Below, one piece after another: positions 49,199 through 57,209 of a stretch of 64,000 nt of DNA. The first letter of the stretch is position 1. Each line of letters begins with the position of its first letter. Source of the DNA: an uncultured Clostridia bacterium (lineage in GTDB: Bacteria > Bacillota > Clostridia > TANB77 > CAG-508); the NCBI GenBank assembly GCA_944392665.1, contig CALXXJ010000004.1, positions 2,478 to 66,477 of the forward strand, in the 5' to 3' direction. A model generated the notes under the pieces. It worked only from the letters and a program-made list of their open reading frames with translations, was not told the DNA's origin and made no database searches. The position numbers and the translations under genes are program-made.

Positions 49199-49233
49199 AA
49201 AATGTCCCAAACAGAAACGTCCCCAAAAGGACA
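49199..49233 (-). repeat. Type-1 GGGAC-word repeat just beyond the tex stop
   Basis: AAAATGTCCCAAACAGAAACGTCCCCAAAAGGACA. 33 of 35 identical to the reverse complement of 34901-34935, and 31 of 35 to 35014-35047. Confidence 0.85.
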
Positions 49234-49254
49234 AAACGTTTTCAAAAGGACATT

Positions 49255-51438
49255 TTAAACTTTCATAGAAAGCCCTACTTTTTGTCTTTCTTGATCAATT
49301 TTGATAACTTTTACTTTTACAATATCACCTACGGATACTACATCTGATGGATTTTTGATAAATTTATCACTCATTTCTGAGATATGAACAAGTCCATCAT
49401 GTTTTACACCAATATCTACAAATGCTCCAAAATCTATTACATTTCGAACAGTTCCTGTTAATACCATACCTTCTCTTAAATCTTCTAATTTTAATACATC
49501 ACTTCTTAAAATTGGTTTTGGCATATCTTCACGAGGGTCTCTTCCTGGTTTTGATAATTCTTCAATAATATCTGTTAATGTCATTTCTCCTATATTTAAT
49601 TCTTTTGCCATTTCTTGAACATTAACACTTTTTAATTTTGTTCTTAATTCTTCTAATTTTTCTTTATCTTTCAAATCATTTTTATCAAATCCTAATTGGT
49701 TTAATAATTTTTCTGTTGGTTCATAACTTTCTGGGTGAACTGCTGTCACTTCTAATGGATTATCTCCATCAAATATTCTTAAAAATCCTGCACATTGTTC
49801 AAATGCTACTTTTCCAAGTTTTGGAACTTTTAGTAATTCTTTTCTGTTTTTTAATTTTCCATTTTCATCTCTGTATTTTACAATGTTTTTAGCAATTGTG
49901 TTATTGATTCCTGAAACATATGAAAGTAATGATGGTGTCGCTGTGTTTACATCAACACCTACTTTATTAACACTATCTTCTACAACTCCTGTTAAACTTT
50001 CTTGTAATTTCTTTTGATTAACATCATGTTGATATTGTCCAACACCAATAGCTTTTGGATCTATTTTAACCAACTCTGCTAATGGATCTTGTAAACGTCT
50101 TGCAATAGAAATGGCACCCCTGATAGATACATTGATGTCTGGATATTCTTCAGTAGCTAATTTTGATGCAGAATATACAGATGCGCCTGCTTCACTGACA
50201 ATCACATAATGCACATCTCTTGAAGCTTCTTTTATCATATCTGCTACAAACATTTCTGACTCTCTTGATGCAGTTCCATTTCCAATAGCTATCATATCGA
50301 TTTTATCTTTTTCGATTAATTTTAATAATTCTTTTTTAGCACCTTCTACATCATTTTGAGGTTCTGTTGGATATACAGTCGTATAATCTAATAATTTCCC
50401 TGTTTCATCAATAACTGCAATTTTACAACCTGTTCTATATGCTGGGTCAAATCCCATAACTGTTTTTCCTTTGATTGGTGCTCCTAACAATAATTGTTTT
50501 GAATTTTTACCAAATACTTTAATTGCTTTGTCTTCTGCCTTTTCTGTTAAATCTGAACGAATTTCTCTATCAATTGATGGTTCAATTAATCTTTTGAAAC
50601 TGTCTAAAATCGTGTCTTTTAGCATTTGGGTAAATTGTGTTTCACCTTTTATAATATCTCTTTCCATATAGTCTAATATTTTTTCTTCTGGTTTTTCAAT
50701 TTTTACTTTTAGAAAATCCTCTTTTTCTCCACGATTAATCGCTAATATTCTATGACTTGGTATGTATTTTATGGCTTCTTGATATTCATAATACATTTCA
50801 TAATTTGATTTTTCTTCTGGGTTTGCAGCTTTTGTTTGAATGGTTGCTTCTCTATAACAAATTCTTTTGATTTGTTTTCTATATTTACTATTATCAGAAA
50901 TATCTTCTGCAATAATATCTAAAGCACCTTGCACTGCATCTTCTGGAGTTGCCACTACTTTGTCTTTATTATTTTTATCCTCTTCTGACAAAGTATCAAT
51001 ATTAACATATTCTTTTGCAATTTCTAAAATTGATGTTGTTTCTTTTTGTTCAATAATAATGTTTGCCAATGGCTCTAAGCCTTTTGCTTTTGCAACAGTC
51101 GCTCTTGTTTTTTTCTTTTGTTTATATGGTCTATAGATATCTTCTACTTCTGCTAGTGTTTTACAAACAGCAATTGCTTGTAAAATTTCATCTGTCAATT
51201 TTCCTTGTTCATCAATTGATTTTACAACTTCTTCTTTTCTTTGTTCTAAATTTCTTAAATAATTTAATCTTTCTCCTAAATCCCTAAGGATTTCGTCACT
51301 TAATCCTCCTGTTACTTCTTTTCTATAACGTGCAATAAAGGGAATGGTATTCCCTTCATCAATTAATGTAATTGTAGCCTCTACTTGTTTTGGTTTAATA
51401 TTCAATTCTTCTGCAATAATATTAATAATTTTATCCAT
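49255..51438 (-). CDS. tex: Tex-like transcription accessory protein (YqgF/RuvX-like, HhH and C-terminal S1 domain)
   Basis: 727 aa. N-terminal IAEELNIKPKQVEATITLIDEGNTIPFIARYRKE. C-terminal S1 GMVLTGTVRNVIDFGAFVDIGVKHDGLVHISEM. Confidence 0.95.
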   Translation of the reverse strand: MDKIINIIAEELNIKPKQVEATITLIDEGNTIPFIARYRKEVTGGLSDEILRDLGERLNYLRNLEQRKEEVVKSIDEQGKLTDEILQAIAVCKTLAEVEDIYRPYKQKKKTRATVAKAKGLEPLANIIIEQKETTSILEIAKEYVNIDTLSEEDKNNKDKVVATPEDAVQGALDIIAEDISDNSKYRKQIKRICYREATIQTKAANPEEKSNYEMYYEYQEAIKYIPSHRILAINRGEKEDFLKVKIEKPEEKILDYMERDIIKGETQFTQMLKDTILDSFKRLIEPSIDREIRSDLTEKAEDKAIKVFGKNSKQLLLGAPIKGKTVMGFDPAYRTGCKIAVIDETGKLLDYTTVYPTEPQNDVEGAKKELLKLIEKDKIDMIAIGNGTASRESEMFVADMIKEASRDVHYVIVSEAGASVYSASKLATEEYPDINVSIRGAISIARRLQDPLAELVKIDPKAIGVGQYQHDVNQKKLQESLTGVVEDSVNKVGVDVNTATPSLLSYVSGINNTIAKNIVKYRDENGKLKNRKELLKVPKLGKVAFEQCAGFLRIFDGDNPLEVTAVHPESYEPTEKLLNQLGFDKNDLKDKEKLEELRTKLKSVNVQEMAKELNIGEMTLTDIIEELSKPGRDPREDMPKPILRSDVLKLEDLREGMVLTGTVRNVIDFGAFVDIGVKHDGLVHISEMSDKFIKNPSDVVSVGDIVKVKVIKIDQERQKVGLSMKV

Positions 51439-51501
51439 TCTTTTTCACATTCCTTTTCTATAATAAATAATGATTGGAAAAGAATTAAATTTTATCAAGG
51501 A

Positions 51502-51564
51502 AAATTTGATTTAAAAGGCAAAGGCGCATACTTTTTGTATGTAACTGCGTTTTAAATCAAATTT
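51502..51564. repeat. Intergenic palindrome with AT-rich arms and GC-rich core
   Basis: AAATTTGATTTAAAA (51502-51516) / TTTTAAATCAAATTT (51550-51564) around GGCAAAGGCGCATACTTTTTGTATGTAACTGCG. Confidence 0.6.
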
Positions 51565-51590
51565 GACAAAGCTAAAATTGTAATTATTTT

Positions 51591-52082
51591 TCAATCCTCT
51601 TTAAAAATTGTATCATCTTGTCTAATCCAATTTTCTACCTCTTCTACTCTGTATTCTTTTTTCGTATCTCTCATAACTACTTTTTCAATTCCAGCATTAA
51701 TAATCATTCTTTTACAAAAAGAGCATGGTTCATTATCTTTTACATATTCTCCATTTCGTTGATTAATTCCTACTAAATACAGTGTAGCACCTATCATATC
51801 CTTTCTTGCCGCACTAATAATTGCATTTTGTTCACTATGTACTGATCTACATCTTTCATAACCTTTTCCACTTGGCATTTCACATTTTTGTCTTGTGCAA
51901 TATCCTAAATCAATACAATTTTTTCTTCCTCTTGGAGCACCTGTATATCCTGTTGAAATAATTTCATCATTTTTTACAATAATACTTCCATAATTATTTC
52001 TAAGACATGTCCCTCTTTCTGCTACACTTTCTGCAATGTCTAAATAGTAATTTACTTTATCTACTCTTTCCATTTTTACCAC
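51591..52082 (-). CDS. comEB: dCMP (deoxycytidylate) deaminase, ComEB-type
   Basis: ..VHSEQNAIISAA.. and ..PCSFCKRMIINAGI.. (HxE / PCxxC zinc ligands). GTG at 52082 or ATG at 52073. Confidence 0.85.
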   Translation of the reverse strand: MVKMERVDKVNYYLDIAESVAERGTCLRNNYGSIIVKNDEIISTGYTGAPRGRKNCIDLGYCTRQKCEMPSGKGYERCRSVHSEQNAIISAARKDMIGATLYLVGINQRNGEYVKDNEPCSFCKRMIINAGIEKVVMRDTKKEYRVEEVENWIRQDDTIFKED

Positions 52083-52104
52083 ATTCCTTTCAAAAGGATT
52101 ATTT

Positions 52105-53697
52105 TTACTCTACTCCTAAATATTCATTATAGGTAACTTCTCTGTCAACAATTTTTCCATTTTCTTTTATATCAATAATTCTATTAGCAACAGTTTGTGT
52201 TAATTCATGGTCATGTGATGTAAATAAAATATTTCCTGTAAATCGTTTCATTCCTTCATTTAGTGATGTAATACTTTCCATATCTAAATGGTTTGTTGGC
52301 TCATCAAATATTAAGAAATTCGCTCCTGATAACATCATTTTTGATAACACACATCTTACTTTTTCTCCTCCAGATAATACATTTACTTGTTTTAATGCCT
52401 CATCTCCTGAGAATAACATTCTTCCTAAAAAGCTTCTGACATATGTTTCATCTGGATCTTTAGAATATTTTCTAAGCCATTCTGTTATATTCTCATCTGT
52501 TTCAAATAAATAATTGTTATCCTTAGGGAAATATGATTTTGTGATGGTTGTTCCCCATACTAATTCGCCTTCATCTGGTTCCATTTCTCCTTCTATAATT
52601 TGGAATAAAACTGTTTTAGCTAATTCATTATCTGCTAAAAATGCGATTTTATTTCCTTCCTTTACATCAAATGAAACTTTATCTAATAATTTTACACCAT
52701 CAACGGTTTTTGATATATTTTTTACTTGTAAAATTTCTCTTCCAGGTTCTCTATCTGGTTTAAAGTCTACATATGGATATTTTCTATTAGATGGTTTAAT
52801 TTCTTCTAATTCAATCTTCTCTAATGTTTTCTTTCTTGAAGTTGCTTGTTTTGATTTTGAAGCATTGGCACTAAACCTAGCAATGAATTCTTGTAATTCT
52901 TTTATCTTTTCTTCTTTTTTCTTGTTTTGTTCTCTTGCTTGTTTTAATGCTAATTGACTTGACTCATACCAGAAATCATAGTTTCCTGGATATACTTTTA
53001 TCTTTCCAAAATCAACATCTGCAATATGAGTACATACTTTATTTAAGAAATATCTATCATGTGATACAACAATAACTGTATTTTCAAAATCCATTAAGAA
53101 ATCTTGTAACCAGTTAATACTCTTCATGTCTAAGTCATTGGTTGGCTCGTCCAATAATAAAACATCTGGATTTCCAAATAAACTTTGTGCTAATAAAACT
53201 TTTACCTTTTCTTTCGCTTCAATTTCTTTCATGTATTTATAGTGATTATCTGGTATAATCCCTAAATCATTTAATAGAATCGCTGCATCTGATTCTGCAT
53301 TCCATCCATCTAGTTCTGCAAATCTTTCTTCTAATTTTGCAGCTTTCATACCATCTTCTTCTGAAAAATCTGGTTTTGCGTAAATTGCTTCTTTTTCTTT
53401 CATAATGTCATATAGTTCTTTGTTTCCCATGATGACAGTATCCATTACCGTATATTCCTCAAAAGCAAAGTGGTCTTGTTTTAATACAGATAATCTTTCT
53501 CCTTTATCTAAACTGACATCACCTTTACTTGGTTCTATTTCTCCTGATAACACTTTTAAAAAGGTAGATTTTCCCGCACCATTTGCTCCAATAATTCCAT
53601 AACAATTTCCTTTTCCAAACTTTATATTTACATCTTCAAAAAGGACTCTTTTTCCAAATCTAACGGTTACTCCATTTGCACTTAGCATGTATTTCAT
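52105..53697 (-). CDS. ABC-F family ATPase (two fused ABC domains, YbiT-like), no membrane domain
   Basis: Walker A GANGAGKST, LSGGEKVK/R signatures, LLLDEPTNDLD and LIFDEPTNHLD, and a Lys/Glu-rich inter-domain linker. About 530 aa. Confidence 0.9.
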   Translation of the reverse strand: MKYMLSANGVTVRFGKRVLFEDVNIKFGKGNCYGIIGANGAGKSTFLKVLSGEIEPSKGDVSLDKGERLSVLKQDHFAFEEYTVMDTVIMGNKELYDIMKEKEAIYAKPDFSEEDGMKAAKLEERFAELDGWNAESDAAILLNDLGIIPDNHYKYMKEIEAKEKVKVLLAQSLFGNPDVLLLDEPTNDLDMKSINWLQDFLMDFENTVIVVSHDRYFLNKVCTHIADVDFGKIKVYPGNYDFWYESSQLALKQAREQNKKKEEKIKELQEFIARFSANASKSKQATSRKKTLEKIELEEIKPSNRKYPYVDFKPDREPGREILQVKNISKTVDGVKLLDKVSFDVKEGNKIAFLADNELAKTVLFQIIEGEMEPDEGELVWGTTITKSYFPKDNNYLFETDENITEWLRKYSKDPDETYVRSFLGRMLFSGDEALKQVNVLSGGEKVRCVLSKMMLSGANFLIFDEPTNHLDMESITSLNEGMKRFTGNILFTSHDHELTQTVANRIIDIKENGKIVDREVTYNEYLGVE

Positions 53698-53885
53698 TCC
53701 TTTCTTTTTGGCATTTCATCTTTTTATGCCCTTTAATATTTTATCGTTGGTATTATATACTATTTTTACATATTTTTCAAGGATTTTACATAGAACAATG
53801 GTGGGGTTTTTTAGCATTTTTCCTATACCATAAAAAAAAGGGAATACAAAATTCCCTTTCAAAATTTATTTTTTATGTTATAACC

Positions 53886-54074
53886 TTAATCATCAAATAA
53901 TAACTTAATACCCCATAAACCAGATAGCCCTACTAGTCCATATACAATTCTTGACCAAATTGTCATTTCTCCAAATATTAAAGCTACCAAATCTAATTCA
54001 AATAATGCAATTAATCCCCAATTGATGGCACCAATAATAATTAAAACTAATGCGATTTTATCTATTACTTTCAT
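53886..54074 (-). CDS. DUF378-family small membrane protein
   Basis: 62 aa. IALVLIIIGAINWGLIALFELDLVA..IVYGLVGLSGLW matches the DUF378 pattern. Confidence 0.75.
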   Translation of the reverse strand: MKVIDKIALVLIIIGAINWGLIALFELDLVALIFGEMTIWSRIVYGLVGLSGLWGIKLLFDD

Positions 54075-54301
54075 CCCTTTTCCTCCTTTTACTGTATTTT
54101 TATATTATTTTTACCTTTTTTCTTTTATTTATACAATAATTGAAAATTTTTGTTTTTTATGATAATTTGTAAGAAAAGCGTGCGCTAACGAAATCAAAGA
54201 TTTCGACGCACACATGTGAAGACTGCTTCGCAGTACTTCACGAACATAAGAGGATTAACCTTGTTGTATACGAAAAAATCTTATATTAGGAGGATAAGTA
54301 T

Positions 54302-55579
54302 TTGAAAAAAAATCCAGAAAATAATAAAAAATGTAAAAATCCCCTTCCAGATGATACAAAAAGAATTACAAGTATTTTATTAAAAATTGTATTGATATTA
54401 CTTATCTTATTTTTAATTCTTATACTATTTAACATTTTGAATAATTGGATGAAATATGATTCTATTACAGAACAATATATCGAAATAGCAAATAATATAC
54501 AAGAAAATACAGACAATTTTGATAATGTTACACAAAATACAAATGAAGATATCACTTTTCATCTAACAGCTATTGGAGATGTCATGTGTCATAATACACA
54601 ATATATGGATGCCTATAATGCAAGTACAGGTGAATATGATTTTTCATATGTGTTTAAAGATATTGAAAATTATATAAAAAATTCTGATATTACGATTGCT
54701 AACTTAGAAACAACATTTGCAGGTGAAGATGTAGGTTATAGTAACTATCCAAGATTTAATACACCTGATGCATTAGCATATAATTTAAAGACACTAGGTG
54801 TTGATATTATTTCTACTGCTGGAAACCATAGTTTAGATTATGGTTTTAACGGATTATCAAGAACTATTGATGTTTTAGATAGTGCCGATATTACTCATGT
54901 GGGAACTTATCAAACACAAGAAGATCGAGATACAATCGTATTTAAATATGTAAACGATATCAAAATTGCATTTTTAAATTATGCTTACGGCACAAATGGA
55001 ATTACCATTCCTTCTGATAAACCATACTGTATTAATTTAATTGATAAAGAATTAATTAAAAATGATATAGAAACTGCCAAATCGCAAGAAGCAGATATAA
55101 TTATCGCCTCTGTTCATTGGGGCACAGAATATAATACTGTTCCAAATGATACCCAAAATGAGTTAGCTGATTTTCTTTTCGAAAATGGTGTCAACATAAT
55201 TTTAGGAACACATCCTCACGTTTTACAGAAAATGGAGAAACGAACTGTTACTTTGGAAAATGGTACAACTCAAGATGGTTTTATTATTTATTCTCTGGGA
55301 AATTTTATTAGTGATCAAAACGCTGATAATACGAGAACTTCTATTGTTTTAGATTTACAAATAACAAAACACACAGATGAATCTGTTACAATAGATGATG
55401 TAAATTATATACCAATATATATGTATAAAGATTCTTCAGCAAGTACGAAAAAAATGAAATTATTAGACATTAATAAAACCATTTCTTCTTATGAAGATTC
55501 ATCTGATACTTCTATTGGAGAAAATATGTATATATTTTTAAAAGGAGAACTAAATACAATTTCTGATATTTTAAATTAA
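54302..55579 (+). CDS. CapA-family (PGA_cap metallophosphatase-fold) membrane-anchored protein
   Basis: TTG start 8 nt after AGGAGG. TM anchor. ..LTAIGDVMCH.., ..ANLETTF.., ..AGNHSLDYG.., ..ASVHWGTEY.., ..GTHPHVLQ.. Confidence 0.8.
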   Translation: MKKNPENNKKCKNPLPDDTKRITSILLKIVLILLILFLILILFNILNNWMKYDSITEQYIEIANNIQENTDNFDNVTQNTNEDITFHLTAIGDVMCHNTQYMDAYNASTGEYDFSYVFKDIENYIKNSDITIANLETTFAGEDVGYSNYPRFNTPDALAYNLKTLGVDIISTAGNHSLDYGFNGLSRTIDVLDSADITHVGTYQTQEDRDTIVFKYVNDIKIAFLNYAYGTNGITIPSDKPYCINLIDKELIKNDIETAKSQEADIIIASVHWGTEYNTVPNDTQNELADFLFENGVNIILGTHPHVLQKMEKRTVTLENGTTQDGFIIYSLGNFISDQNADNTRTSIVLDLQITKHTDESVTIDDVNYIPIYMYKDSSASTKKMKLLDINKTISSYEDSSDTSIGENMYIFLKGELNTISDILN

Positions 55580-55885
55580 AAAGGGAAATTGGGGACGGAC
55601 TCATTTTTCCCTTTTTTTAATTTTAGAAATAGAAAAAATATAGAATATAAAACCATTACACAATTTTGTATAAGCTAAATTTTCATAGAAATTCTAAAAG
55701 AAAAAAATACGCCTCTCTCATTGTTGCTATAAATCATAAGCAAAATGAGCTTTCCTCATTTTTTTCTTAAAGAATTTCTAAATTCAAATTTAGATACGCA
55801 AAATCGTTCCATTTTTTTATATTCTATATTTTTTTCATTCTTAATTTTCTAAAAAGGGAAAAATGAGTCCGTCCCCAATTTCCCT
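55579..55885. repeat. About 307-bp imperfect palindrome whose ends are inverted type-3 GGGAC-word hairpins; fills the gap between convergent genes
   Basis: Left AAAGGGAAATTGGGGACGGACTCATTTTTCCCTTTTT. Right (55851-55885) is its reverse complement apart from a few substitutions or indels. Inner arms remain about 70-80 percent complementary to the centre near 55733. Each end is itself a stem (AAAGGGAAA/TTTCCCTTT) plus T-run, so it can act as a terminator for capA-like (plus) and corA (minus). Confidence 0.85.
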
Positions 55886-55909
55886 CAAGTTTGTTCCTAA
55901 TTTTCCTTT

Positions 55910-56869
55910 TTAATTTAACATATCTTTTCTCTTTAACCACCATGTTACCCCTAATGTTAATACAACTGCAATTAATACCATTATAACAAATCCCAATGGA
56001 CTATCTTCAAATGGTAATTTTACATTCATTCCCCAAAAACTTGATATCATAGTAGGAATTGCTAGCACAATGGTAATAGACGTTAAAAATTTCATCACTC
56101 CATTTAGATTATTTGAAATAATAGAAGCATACGCATCCATCGTCCCATTTAAGATATTTGTATAAATTTGAGCCATCTCTATCGCCTGTCTATTTTCAAT
56201 AATGGCATCTTCTAGTATATCTTCATCATCATCATATAATTTTACAATTTTTCCTCTCATGGTTTTTTCCATGACGATTTCATTTGATTTTAATGATGTT
56301 GCAAAATACACCAAACCTTTTTCCAAACTTAATAATTTTAACAATTCTTTATTTTTCATAGAATTTTTTAAAATATATTCTGCAATTTCTGTTTCTTTAT
56401 TAATTTGTTTTAGGTAATTTAGGAAATATGATGAATTTAAGTAAAAAATTTGAAAAATAAATCTTGTCTTTTTATATGTTTGAAAATTTTTGATTTTTCT
56501 TTTTTCAAAATCTTCTATAATTTTATTTTTTCTCAAAGATACAGTTATGAAAAAGTCATCTCTTACCACAATCATTCCTAATGGCATTGTAGTATATATA
56601 TCATTATCTTCACTTTTTTCAATTACTGGAACATCAATCACAAAAAGAATCGTATTGTCATCTTCTTCTGTATCAATTCTAGCTTTTTCTTCATAGTCTA
56701 ATGCATCTCTTATAAAGTCTTCTTGAATATTAATACTTTCACATACTCTTTTGATTTCATTTTCGGAGGGATTTACTAAATTAATCCAGCTTCCTTTTCT
56801 AAATTCTTTAATTTCTTCTAATTTATTTGTTTCCATATTTGTGTTATAAATTTTTAGCAAATCTCTCAC
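55910..56869 (-). CDS. corA: CorA-family magnesium/cobalt transporter
   Basis: 319 aa. Two C-terminal TM segments with the FWGMNVKLPF (GMN) signature. Confidence 0.9.
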   Translation of the reverse strand: MRDLLKIYNTNMETNKLEEIKEFRKGSWINLVNPSENEIKRVCESINIQEDFIRDALDYEEKARIDTEEDDNTILFVIDVPVIEKSEDNDIYTTMPLGMIVVRDDFFITVSLRKNKIIEDFEKRKIKNFQTYKKTRFIFQIFYLNSSYFLNYLKQINKETEIAEYILKNSMKNKELLKLLSLEKGLVYFATSLKSNEIVMEKTMRGKIVKLYDDDEDILEDAIIENRQAIEMAQIYTNILNGTMDAYASIISNNLNGVMKFLTSITIVLAIPTMISSFWGMNVKLPFEDSPLGFVIMVLIAVVLTLGVTWWLKRKDMLN

Positions 56870-56903
56870 CCCTTTTTAAAATTTACATAATTTGTATTTA
56901 AAA

Positions 56904-56945
56904 ACAAAAAAATAAATCTAATGTTTTATATCTATTTAGATTTAC
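56904..56945 (-). terminator. Rho-independent terminator after tRNA-Lys
   Basis: Minus strand: TAAATCTAA-loop-TTAGATTTA, then TTTTTTT. Confidence 0.75.
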
Positions 56946-56960
56946 TTTTTATTATTGTAG

Positions 56961-57036
56961 TGGTGCGCCATAGAGGGATCGAACCTCCGACCATCAGATT
57001 AAGAGTCTGCTGCTCTACCAACTGAGCTAATGGCGC
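56961..57036 (-). tRNA. tRNA-Lys (anticodon CTT)
   Basis: Reverse complement GCGCCATTAGCTCAGTTGGTAGAGCAGCAGACTCTTAATCTGATGGTCGGAGGTTCGATCCCTCTATGGCGCACCA. Anticodon loop CTCTTAA. Confidence 0.9.
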
Positions 57037-57058
57037 ATTTTTCATTTAGACATATATT

Positions 57059-57086
57059 ATTATACTACATTTTTTCCTTTTGTCAA
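57059..57086 (-). promoter_or_regulatory. Sigma-A promoter for tRNA-Lys
   Basis: Minus strand: TTGACA (57086-57081), 16 nt, TATAAT (57064-57059). Confidence 0.8.
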
Positions 57087-57209
57087 GAATAACAGAGGTA
57101 TGATTAATGTTTTTTTGTTAAATAGAAGAATCACTTTTTCCTATTTAACGAAGAAACGGCATTTTTCATAAAAAACGCCGTTTTCTATTTTGTCCTTTTT
57201 CGTTATAGC

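Noticed and set aside
54286-54555. 89-aa minus-strand ORF overlapping the start of the capA-like gene
   Set aside because: It is antisense to a well-supported gene, with no RBS and hydrophobic low-complexity translation.
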